DNA of 63,965 nt, counting the filler, from Jimgerdemannia flammicorona (taxonomy: Eukaryota): NCBI GenBank assembly GCA_003990765.1. It is 2 parts of 2 records of this genome, joined end to end, with 100 filler letters (N's around TTAATTAATTAA, not from the genome) between each part and the next. Parts side by side here need not be neighbours in the genome. Positions count along the whole stretch, not along the records: positions 1 to 31,969 come from RBNJ01000369.1; 1 more part is not named here. The stretch is one strand, 5' to 3'. Made by a program: the position numbers and the translations under genes. The notes under the pieces are model-generated. The model was not told the DNA's origin. It did no database searches and saw only the letters and a list, made by a program, of their open reading frames with translations. Below are positions 12,221-23,600 of this stretch, piece after piece (position 1 is the first letter of the stretch; each line of letters begins with the position of its first letter).

Positions 12221-15060
12221 TAACAAAGTACTGCCACAGCTCTTAAGATCACTAGTGCTATATAATAAGCCATAGAAAGATAATGGTATACTACCAAACC
12301 ACCAATTATAAAAGAATCCTTTGACAGCATCCAGAGTATAGTCCAGACATACTTGTTATAAATCTCATATTTCAAAATCTATCAGAACTAGACTGAGTTT
12401 TAAGTTAGAATAACTACTAAACTTATAGCCAGAGATGGAAAAAAAAGACTGAATCAGAGAGTATCAGCTCTCTTATACTCAGATCATAATTATCAAACAA
12501 GTTAACAAGTTATTCAAAGTGATGAGCCAGCTCTAGCCCATCTCTAAGAAGTAGTTCCAAAAGACTTTAGATATATCAAGAGATATTATTAAGAGAATAT
12601 AATGATACAAATTATACAGTACAAGGAGATACAAATCATAGAAGCTTAATAGTTCAAGTGAATAGAATATTTCAGAGACAAATCACTTATTTAGGAAGAA
12701 GTGATGATAGTTGATCTAAATTAGTAATATAAATTAGAGAAATAGACATTTGATCATAGTATCTGAATCTAATCTCCAAATATAACATAGTCTTATAAAT
12801 AGCAGTTATATTTCACAAATATAGAAACTTAATAAATATTAAAGTATTTATAAATATCAAAGATTTTACAAATGTTAAGGATTAATACTTATAAAGAATG
12901 ACTTACAGAAAACATAGTCATAACTTAGATATTTTATAGCTAGCAAACTTATATAAATATCTTCAATATCTAGAGTAAATAAACCTCAGATCAAAATAGT
13001 TTAAAGTAAAGAGAAAGCAAGAGAACTAGTAAGCCTATGAGCAGATATACTTCAAACTCATTTACCTCTATATTCTGAGAACTCTGTAGAGCCAAAGAAG
13101 ATCAAGTTTTTAAGATATAGAAATCTGACATACTTATATAGTTACATATCTGCTATGTTATACTATATTAGTTATAATAGAGACTATTTCTACTATTATC
13201 AGAATATTTATAATTAGTATATCTATTAAGTTATTGAGCTTATTTTAGCTTATTTTAGCTTATTTTTATTTATAGTATATATTAGAAGTATATTGTTATA
13301 TGTAGCTACTTAGTACTAATAGAGCTCATAATCTTTATTATAAATAGAGTAAAAAGAACAATAGAGAGCATTTGTTTATTTATCTAAATAGTGGGAATTT
13401 ATATGCTAAAATCAGTTATATGTATAATATAGATAATATAATTATATAAACTATAAATTATTGAGATATAAAATAATAAGAATTTTGACAGTAAATAAGA
13501 TAAAAATAAATTAAAAATCTTTATTTAACTTAGTTAATTATTATTATTATTAAAATAAATATTAAAATTAATTTTTTATAAATAACTTATAAACTAATTT
13601 TACTTATAAAAGTTAGCTTTTTAAAATATTTTAATAAGAATAAAATATATTATTTTAATTAGTTATTCTAAAATAGTATTATAATATTTATAACTTAAAT
13701 AAATATCTATAAAAATACTATATTTTTATATTAAGCTACTAATTTGAAAAACATTATAGTTATTTAATAATATTGATATTTATCTATATTTTAACTTCTA
13801 TATCATTAAATTTTATAAAACTAATTATTATGATATATTTTAAAAAGTTTGTTTATAACTCAAATAATATTATTATATTAAGATATTACAACAGCACGTG
13901 ACGTCATCCATCAATCGCAATACACAAAATACATTACTTTGGAATATCTTCTGTTCGGTCTTATGAATCCAATGATTCACTACAGATAGTATATATTTAT
14001 ATATCTTTAATTGTTGTAAATATTAAATTAATAAGCCTGGTATTGTGTTAGTTAATATTCATTTATTCATCATAACTAGCCAATCTTCCTGTTCCAAATA
14101 TGTATAAATTGTAATGTATGTATATATTGATTTTTACTTTCGTAACGAAATTTCAGATTGCTCGTGAAGCAACACCTTCGAGTCCATCCTCATGTCGATT
14201 GGTAAGCTCATCCACTTATACGACAGCTCATTCATTTGTACTAATCCTGGCCCTGCACAATACCTCTTCGACTAAACTAGAATTACACAATAATTTCCTA
14301 TATTGTGTGAACCATCATCAAGCTTGCTTCAATGCTCGAACAAAGAAACTTTGAATATTCATGTAAGAAATTCTGGACGAGCACTGCTGTTTTTATGAAC
14401 AGGGCTTGTTGTGGAATTACTGGAGTACGGATAAGTTTTACGCGTTGCAATTGATGACGTAAATTGATGACATAAATTGATGACGTCTATACTTATAACG
14501 CCTACATAAATATAAGCCATAAATCTTTAATTAATGGATTTATTGGATGGAAGGTTCGGTGGGTTCCAATTCATGTAGATCGAAAATCTATGTTGCACAA
14601 CAAATTTTCTGATCCAGTGTTCGTGTATATATATAACGAAACAAAACGAAAAAATAATTACGGCAACAAGCACACGAACTCATTGTACAGTTATTACTTC
14701 TGTAGCGACATCGAGGACATTGCACTTCTTTCGCCCTATGGGAATTTGTAATCACAATTTCCCCTTAGTTAATGCTGCATTCCATGGAGATATGTAGGCG
14801 CCCTCGCTTGTCTACGGCGGAAATGGCCGAGGCTTGCCTGTTTTACGGGAACCCTTCTAAAAACGATTATCAACACGACTTAAATGTAAAATTGGCAACA
14901 CCCGAAATTACATTAGTAAGGTGAGCTTGGAGTCCACCAATCAAGCTTGGTGGATCGTCCGTCGATCAATCGGAAGGATATCACTTCGACCGCCATAAAC
15001 CTGTCTCTATAAGCTTATCGCCACTTATTACTCCTGACGTCAAAGTTACGATTCCCGACC

Positions 15061-15927
15061 ATGGATTTCTACGAAACCGCTGGGCTCATCTTGAACGGAG
15101 CCATCATCGCCCTCGCTCTTCAGGCGCTTTGGGATATCATCGTGTCTTGGAGCCGTATCCCGCACAAGAAGGTCGCCATTCTCAAGATCGTCTTTACGAT
15201 CACGCTTGCTGCCACGGCCTGCGTGGGATCCGCGTTACAGATGGCCATCAATGGGTGTTTTGTCCCCGCTAAGACATTCGCCACACTCTTCCAACTCAGC
15301 ATGACCGCCGCTGACTGGGTCCTGCTTTCGCGAGCGACCACAGTATTGATAATGAGGCCAAAATTTGCGATGGTTATGGAGTATACGTTTGTGGCGATTA
15401 GATTTGGCGCCGGGATAGCGGACACTGTTCAGACGTATGCCATCGATGGCTCTCCGGGCGCCGAATGCATTTTCAAACAGGATCACGGCACTGGGCTGGC
15501 CACGACCTCCATCGACCTTGTCGTTGACATTTATGTGACTGCCGCTATCACCTTCTACCTTAAAACCCACGCCACTGGGCTTGAACGGAAGCTAAGCGGC
15601 CTGTTTGCCGCCCTCGTTTCTTCCAACCTTCTCCGTACCGTTTTTCTCTTGATCTTCAACGCCTTTACGGTTATCATGTTCCTTTTCCCTTCCTACCTGC
15701 GATGGGTGTCTATCATCTTCCGTTTAGCGAACATTGCGTACATCCTGACCCTCGCCTACGATTCAGACATTTTGAAGTTGATGATAAAGGTACAAGATAA
15801 AATTTCTCAGCAGAAACAGAGTTCGGACCTTCCAGCCGATTCGTGGGTTGACCACGCACACCACCAGGCCTACGTTCTAGACGATATGGCCAATCTGACG
15901 CTGCCCAACGCGGAGTGTAGCAATTAA
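15061..15927 (+). CDS. Single-exon multi-pass membrane protein, 7TM/GPCR-like (288 aa)
   Basis: Clean ORF with about 7 hydrophobic segments, two Cys in predicted outer loops (NGC, AEC) that could form a GPCR-like disulfide, and a hydrophilic C-tail. Confidence 0.75.
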   Translation: MDFYETAGLILNGAIIALALQALWDIIVSWSRIPHKKVAILKIVFTITLAATACVGSALQMAINGCFVPAKTFATLFQLSMTAADWVLLSRATTVLIMRPKFAMVMEYTFVAIRFGAGIADTVQTYAIDGSPGAECIFKQDHGTGLATTSIDLVVDIYVTAAITFYLKTHATGLERKLSGLFAALVSSNLLRTVFLLIFNAFTVIMFLFPSYLRWVSIIFRLANIAYILTLAYDSDILKLMIKVQDKISQQKQSSDLPADSWVDHAHHQAYVLDDMANLTLPNAECSN

Positions 15928-15983
15928 GACAATATGCCCCAAGTACTAAATTTAGGTTTTCTTATGGCAAGTCGTCAGTTCCG

Positions 15984-15986
15984 TTT

Positions 15987-16042
<56 letters not shown>
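15984..16042. repeat. Long poly(T) tract
   Basis: More than 50 consecutive T. Confidence 0.95.
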
Positions 16043-17648
16043 CGTTTCTACATATTTTTGTTTGATCTATGAAAATCGTTGTCTCTCGTACGAGTGCACG
16101 CGGATATGTACCGTTTTGTAACATAAATTTTGTCTTAGACCGATTTATTAAAAAGGCGAATATTTAAACGTATATATAATTCTTTGAAGTTGCACAAGAA
16201 TATATTACGATGCATTTAATATATATATATAATATGAACCACGTTGAATTAGGAATCAATGAAAGTTCCACACTAACTGTATTGGGTTTTTGGAGTCCCG
16301 ACGTTCGCCTGCAAGGAATCGGAAGTCTTATTGTGGCTCCGATGACAACGATGGTTGCAAGGGGTCCTTGTTTCTATTCTCCGGTGTCTAAATCCGGACG
16401 TGCCATTATGACGTACGCGAAGATCCGATGATGCCATCCTTCTCAGGATGGCTCCATTATAATTTTATTTAGCAATATGCATATAAACGTCTTCACTCCT
16501 TGAAACAGGTTCATAGTTTCCGGCGCTTTATAGTTGTGATTGGAATAATTGTTATATGCAATGAATTACACCACAGATATCCTTGGTCTTTGGTTCCAAA
16601 TTATCTCGGACGCCATCGCTCTCACTTACCACTTGTGATAGATAGGTACTTAATCGAGGGCTACAAATCTGCTTTTCCAACGCAGCTCAAAGAACTATCG
16701 TGGGCAAGGCCCGTTTATCCTTCGACTTTTGATACAATCCAATGCTTGCCAAATCCATCACTCATATTCATTTTGCATGCTGAATCGGTTCAGCTGCTAT
16801 GACGACGGAGTTTATGCACTGAAATTTTGGCAATGGTGTGGCAGAGGTGATTCATTTGTGTAAGGTTATCAAAAGAGTATCCAAAATAAACCAAGTTCAT
16901 GCATTTGCCGATTGTAATCGTGAGTCCAGTGGGCCAGTTTGATCGGAAGCGCAAGGCGACCCTTACTAGTTTTATCGTGGCACAAAATTATAGCCCTCTA
17001 CTACGACGAACCCAGTCTTACGCAACGGACGGTATGTGCGGACCCCCCCCCCCAACCTTTACGTGTGGGTCCTGGAGTAAGACCATTGTTAATGTGCTGG
17101 CGTGGTCTTCGGAAATTCTCCCCGCGCTCGTTGACAACACGTATATATATATCCGTCGTTCGAGGAGTGGATAGAGGATGAGGCCTGATTCAATAGCCTG
17201 GAGTGATACAACGCTTGTCGCACACTCACCACCCAGCCACAGTCTGAACAAAGATGAACTTCCTTCCCTCTTAGTCTTAGATGGTTTCGCTTTTCGGTCA
17301 TAGGTTGTACTACATCCATCTTTCAGCATCGCCAAGTTCACTAAGCCACCTCTTGCGTACGCCACACATTGCGGACGAGTTTCTTCAGTATGTCAAAAAT
17401 GAGTATATATTGTAATTTGTAACGATGTGTTTGACGATCGTTTCGAAATCCTTTCGACTCAGCTGTAACACGTCTGGACGGAATTGAGATTATTAATGTA
17501 TGCGAATTTTCATGAAATCTGATTAGTTAACGAAATTTCCGTTAAAAGCCCCTTCGCAATCAACGGGCCCACACCCTTTATATATGTATTGGCTTGTAAC
17601 AAACAGATATAAACTATATACTGAAAATAAATATATAATGAGGAGTCA

Positions 17649-20600
17649 TCAAGCGTCAATGTTGTCTGGGGCATCGAAAAATTTCTCGTCGTTGTCGTCG
17701 TCGTCTTCGTCGCTCGTTTCGCTTGCCGCGTTACTCTCTTTGGTGCTGACTTGTATGGCGGGCGCGAAGTCGGCTTCATCAAAGAAATCCTCCGAAGAAT
17801 CTGGTTTGAACATGGCCATGATTAACGATTTCAAAGGAACAACAGCGAGTGGCAAAATAGCTGTGGAGAAACGATTCGCACCTTGATTGGAATTCGCGTC
17901 CTGCATACTCAGGTGGAGTGCCTCTTCGAGCTGGCGCCTCTCCTCCGGATCCATTGTCTCGTCGGCTTCATTTTGCTGGGCCTGGGGCGGCGGCGGTGCT
18001 TGCCGTTTTTTCGTCAGGAGTAGAAACGCTTCGAGGGTGTGCCCGACTAGCAGGTCTGGGGGTAACACGGCGATGATGGCTTCATCGCGCGAAACGAGTT
18101 CGGCGTAATCATCTATGGACGCATCGGCAGGTATAGTGCATCCGCTGTCGCGGAGATGCCTGAACACGAAGCGCTTGAGCGCGGTGGCGACAGTATCAGT
18201 CAAGCTCGCCGCGTGACAGGCCGCGGTGAGATCGCGTCCAACATGGTCCTTTAGTGGCAGCATATAACTTGATGGCACAAACTCGTTGGGTGTGAGCGCC
18301 AACAATAGATCAAACACCATGTCCTCAATTACCTCGTACGCGGCGACGACGTGCTTGAGCCGCACCTCGCCAAGACAGGTCCGCGCAAACACCTCGTCGG
18401 TCAGCACCGAGAGGGACGAGCGCATACCACCTAGGGCGCAGTGTTGGTTGAGCCAGCCGCGGCAGTAATCGGCCAAAAACATCTCACCATCGCCACCCTG
18501 TGTTCGTTCGAGGTAGCAAAGCACCATCTGCAAGTCCGATAACAAGTCCGGTGCGATATCGCGAATGTGTTCATCACCGCAGATCTGCGCCGCGCGACCC
18601 GCCTCCAGTGGCTCCTGCGGCACGAGTGCGGCAATCTCATCAGCGATGCGCATGTTGTGCCTAAACATCTCGCCCGCGTACGGGAACCCCTCCATCTCGG
18701 GCTGGATGTGAGCCTTGCCCAGAATGAGCAGACGTGCAAGGCGCCACTCGAGCTCGGCCAGGTCAAATTCAATGTTCTGGGCGCCGCCATAATCGAGCCC
18801 TAGCTGGTAGAACGTGAGCAGTTGCGAGTCATAGTCGTTATCCGTTACATAAACTACTTGTGATTCTTGCAGGTCGTGGAAGGTGACAGACGGCCAGGCA
18901 AGAGCGCGCCCATGGTGAACCTCTTCCCCGTTGGTGGCGGTCGCAAAGACATCGGTGGGCTGCAGGAAGAGAAGCGACGGACATTTGTCGCGCTCTATCC
19001 CGTCAATATCGTCGAGGAACGCGTTCTGCAGACGGGCAAGCTGCTCGAGCGCAGCACACAGGTAAACAGCTTCATCCGCGGTCTCGTAGAGTGCAAAGAT
19101 GACCGCGCGTGTCGCATCCATTGTCGGCATCTCGTGCTTTAGCTCTTGGCACTGGTAGTGCGTGACGGACGAGCGGATTGCGTTCCAGGCGCGCTTGAAT
19201 TCGTCAAACAGGCGAAAAAGCCTCTCGTAGGTATGTTCATCCCTTTCTTCGCGTACACGCTCCAGTAGAGCTGCAAACGTAAGCTTCCTAGCCTGGTCAC
19301 GGTTGATACGGTGAGCGAACATTCCCAGGAGCTCGTTGGCAAACCTGGCCAGTGGCATGAGATGGATGAGCATGTCGAGGTTATCTTTGTGCTTAAAGAA
19401 GAGCTGTAGGACGGGGAACCGCCGCTGACGATCGGGGTCGCGGCAGACAAATGCACGCATCTCTCTCACAGCGTCCTCGGGAGACGCGAGCTGACTCGTG
19501 TACCTCCAAAGCCTAGCGAACGACTCTTGCCCCGCATCCATGTCATTCAGATCCAACGTTTCTTTAATCTCGTGCTCGAGCAGATGTTGGTCACGCCCCA
19601 CTCCACCAATCTCCCTCCTGTAAATCGCTAGCGTCTGATGCATGTCGGCAACCATGGGCGTCACGTGCGCGTTCATGAACTCGGTCTCCCAGTCCTCGAC
19701 CATCTTGGAAGTTGAGAGCGGCGCCACGATGTGGTCGTGATCGCGTTCCATCCGTGTGAGAACTGCATGCAACAGTAGATGCATCGTTTCATCGTTGCAA
19801 AGAAGAATCTGGCGCAACATGTCCCAGTCGTTTTCGACGTGCTCGAGGCAGTACAGCACAGGGTCCCTGTCGGTCACAGCATACGCAATTGCAGCCGGCT
19901 GGAATGCGAATATGGCGTGCACGAACAGGTGGAGCATGCGGAAGGCCGCCGTAGTCAGGGTGCGGACCGACTTGGTAGGGTCGCGTAGGGTCTCGGTCGC
20001 CTCCTGGGTGTAGCCGACAACCTCGTCGACGAGTGGCTCGTTCACTACCCTGCTGTTCCCGCTGATGTTATGTCTTTGGCCTCCAATGACGTTTTTGCAT
20101 GTTGGGCATCGACTCTCTACCCACGGCTGTTTCAAAGGTTTGAGAGAGAAACACCAAATTTTAGAGACTGTGGAAGAAACAATGAGTACATAGCAGATGT
20201 TGTGAACGACAACTATTTACCCGACCACAGTTAGTAATGACGTATGTTGTGCCACAAACGCATCGGTACTCGGTCGTATATGCACTACATGGAATATTAC
20301 TTGATCAATCTAAAGCTCAGTGACGTCAATCCAGAAGAAAATATGCATTTTATTACCCATTATCGCCAGCTGCGCGCATCGCCATAAGGACGGCAGTCCT
20401 CTCATCCAATGGACATGTTATCACAAAGTTGCGCTGCACTTCATCTGGCATGTGGATGTATCTGGCCAGGGGCGAGCATTCGGGGTTCATGGCGGCGTGG
20501 ACTACAATTGCACGCGCAACTACAGAGTGCAGAAGAAGCGCTCGGCTATTCTCGGCATCGCGCGGAATCAGCGGAGAGACACGATCAAGCACGAGCCGAT

Positions 20601-23600
20601 CGAGAACCAGACGAACCAGCGGGGAAACCTGAACTCCTTGAAGCCAAGAAGCAAGAGCAAGTCGACCGTCGTCCCATGGCGTCGTTATGGGGATGCAGAG
20701 CGTATTTACGGCCACACCGAGGAATCCGAGCCTCGAGTAGTAATCCTGCAGAGGGAGCAACTGCGCAGCATGCGAATCACTGTGCGAGGTCTGCAGCAAC
20801 GCAAAGGCCTCTGCTGCACGCACCGCCTGCTGGTTGAAACAGTACGGGTCGAAATCCGTTTGACCATAGTTTAACTTCCAATCGATATTAGCTACCCAAC
20901 GGAGAACGACATGGAAAGGCTCAAGGTGCCGCCGTAGCGCGACGGTGGAGAGTCCGAGCTGATCGCGAAGGCTCTGAAGGAAGAAAACCACAGTGCGATG
21001 CACCAGCTCGGGCTCGCCATCGTCCAGAAAATTGTCCAGCGTGGCAAAGTCATCCATATTTATTACATACGGATCGCGATGACACTGCAACGCTAGCCCC
21101 CGGAGCAATGCCTTGAACAGCGCGACAGCGCAGACGTACCTCAGGACGCCTCCTTGCTTGCGTTCGTCTACGAGGATATCAACAGCGTTTGGTAGTAAAA
21201 GAGCGAGCCGCTTCGTTGTTTCAAACGCAAAATAGCGCTCATAAATAACGTCGCAGCAAATTATGGTCATCGCAGATTCGAGTCCTGCTCTCTCAAGACA
21301 CCTGCTGACAACGTGCATTCCCTCGGACAGGCGCTGGACGGCGCGCGTGTCTCCCTCGGGTATCTCAAGAATGCGATAAAACAAGCCCGGAGTACGGTTG
21401 TTCTCCGCCTTGAAGATCCTGTGGACCAAGGGAGCAGACAGCGGAAGTGGGACACGGGCAAATACCTTTTCGAGGATGCGGAGGTCGAGGAGCGACTCGA
21501 ACGACATCATCTCGGAGCCGTTGAGTGCAACGTCGAGGATCTGCGAGAGAAGTAGGTGGCGGCAGGTTTCTTTCTCAGCGCATTCTGGCACTGTATCGCT
21601 GGCGAGATATGAGAGGGTGTCGGCAACAAATGCGTGCACTTTTGTGTTCCTGATATCGTTATGTTCGACATCCCCAATCATATCGACGAGCGGCTGAAGG
21701 GCGATATGCTTGGGAAAGACGAGGGTGGAACACAGGTCGCGGACAAAGCTTAAGACGCGCCATGAAGGGCGTGCGGTGAACTCTGGGACGACCGAGCACA
21801 CCGCCAGGAGGAGGCTCGCGTTCCTTAACCATTCTTCGTACGCTTGATCGGTATCGCCGTTCGGTGTGTCGGTTGTGAAGTCACGAAGTCTTGAAAGAAC
21901 GCGGCGAGACGAAAGGTCGACCAGATTCCCGTGCTCCTTATCAGCATTGATCTCATATCCAAGTGCAAGCGAACAGAATTGAACAATGCGTAGCTGCACC
22001 AACAATCTTTCCCCGTGACCCCACCAGAGTATATGGAGTTCTACAGAATTTGCAATCTTCTCGTCGAATTCGCGAAGCATGAGCGCCTGCATAACGTTGC
22101 GATGCCTAGCCAAGGTACCTGCGGGCAGCACCATTTCCATAAAGTCACTCAAGTACAACTCCGAAAACTCAGAGAACGCGCGGTGTTGCAGGAATGGGAC
22201 GGATGACAAAACGCGCGCAACAAAATTTTCGCGGATGCCGGCGATTCCCACGCCTCCGTGATCACGACGCTCCTGCTGGTAGAACTGTCGAAAGCCCTCG
22301 ATCGATTGGTAAAAGTAACGCGAGAATGGGAATCTAAGATTGTAAAGACGACCGCCGAGGTAGTAGCCATTCGGCCTCGGTTCTTCCTCTTCGTGCGCGC
22401 GAACGACACGCCTTTCCAAGCACACATCCTCCCACAGCTGCATCAAAACGTGTTGCGACGGGTCGAGCCGCAGGAACGAGGGTAATGCGGATGTCTTTTC
22501 GAGAGCATAGATCATCTTTGCCAGGGGCTCACGAACCATGTGACGAATATGCTTCTCGAGGGCACTTGAGAACGAGGTGGACAGTCCGAGCTGCTGCCGG
22601 TCGCACGCAATGCGGAACTGCCAGTCACGCGACTGCTGTTCCTCAAGCCAGTTCTCGACCCAGCGCTGGAGAAAGCGTACGAGGCCGTGGTGCGCAGGTA
22701 TCTCGGTCATTAGCCTCCTGATGTGGTCGAGCGACCCCAATGCTGTGTATCTGATGCAAAGGATGCACCACTGCAGCTCACGCACGAGGATGTTGTGGAA
22801 TGGGTAAACTTTCTGCACAACTCCGCACATCGAATCCTCAAGGAACAATATCAGTGGCCTTTGCGGCGCCAGGTTCTCAATCACGATCTGATACCAGTCG
22901 CAGAGGAAGTCGAACTGGAACATTCGTTGGCCTGCACCCCCAAAACCACGGTGGATATGTACAATGATGCAGGCGCACTTCTTGATTCGCTGCTCTTGAT
23001 GGCCAAGACTAATGAATTCCTTGCGGTGATGATCAACGAGAAACCGTGCGAGTTTCATAGAGCCCTGCGTGGTTGTGGCTGGGTCGCACTGAATCACGAG
23101 TAGGTTGTTGCGAGACTCTAGCCAAAAGTGACGAATGCGCGACTGCAGCTGCCGCTCAGACTTGAAGAGCTCAAGCTTCTCGACTTGGCACGTTAAACTG
23201 CCGTCGAGCTCCTCCAGGTAACGCTGAATGTTTGAATTGATGCTCGAGAAGGTTTTTATGATGACGTTGCCAGAACTTTCACGATCGTCTGACAGGAGGT
23301 GCTCTTCGACAAATGATCGGAGGTTATTGTGCTTGCCTCGTTTGAAGAAGAAGTTCTGCCAGTGCGAGATCTCATCGTGCGACTCGGCCGCGAGCAGGGA
23401 TTTTGAGGCGCGAACAATAGACTCAGAACACGCGATTTCGATTAGATCCTGTTTGCACTGTGTAAGGATCGCGGACTTGTCTGTAATTTTACCCCAGTCT
23501 GAATGCCGCAGTACGAGGCAGCGGAGAGTATCAAGACCGCAGAATCCCACAAACATGTCGGTTGCGTCGAAGGGTTGGCTGCTCGTGAATCGCTGTTGCA

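Larger units (their letters stand above)
3240..13890. mobile_element. AT-rich, CpG-depleted block of degenerate nested transposon relics
   Basis: Only a handful of CpGs are visible over about 10.6 kb, with no long ORFs. Gypsy domains are recognisable but full of stops. Composition returns abruptly to normal near 13,890. Confidence 0.85.

Noticed and set aside
13150..13890. 3' LTR of the gypsy element
   Set aside because: I could not align it convincingly with the candidate 5' LTR region at about 5075-5660; it is extremely AT-rich.
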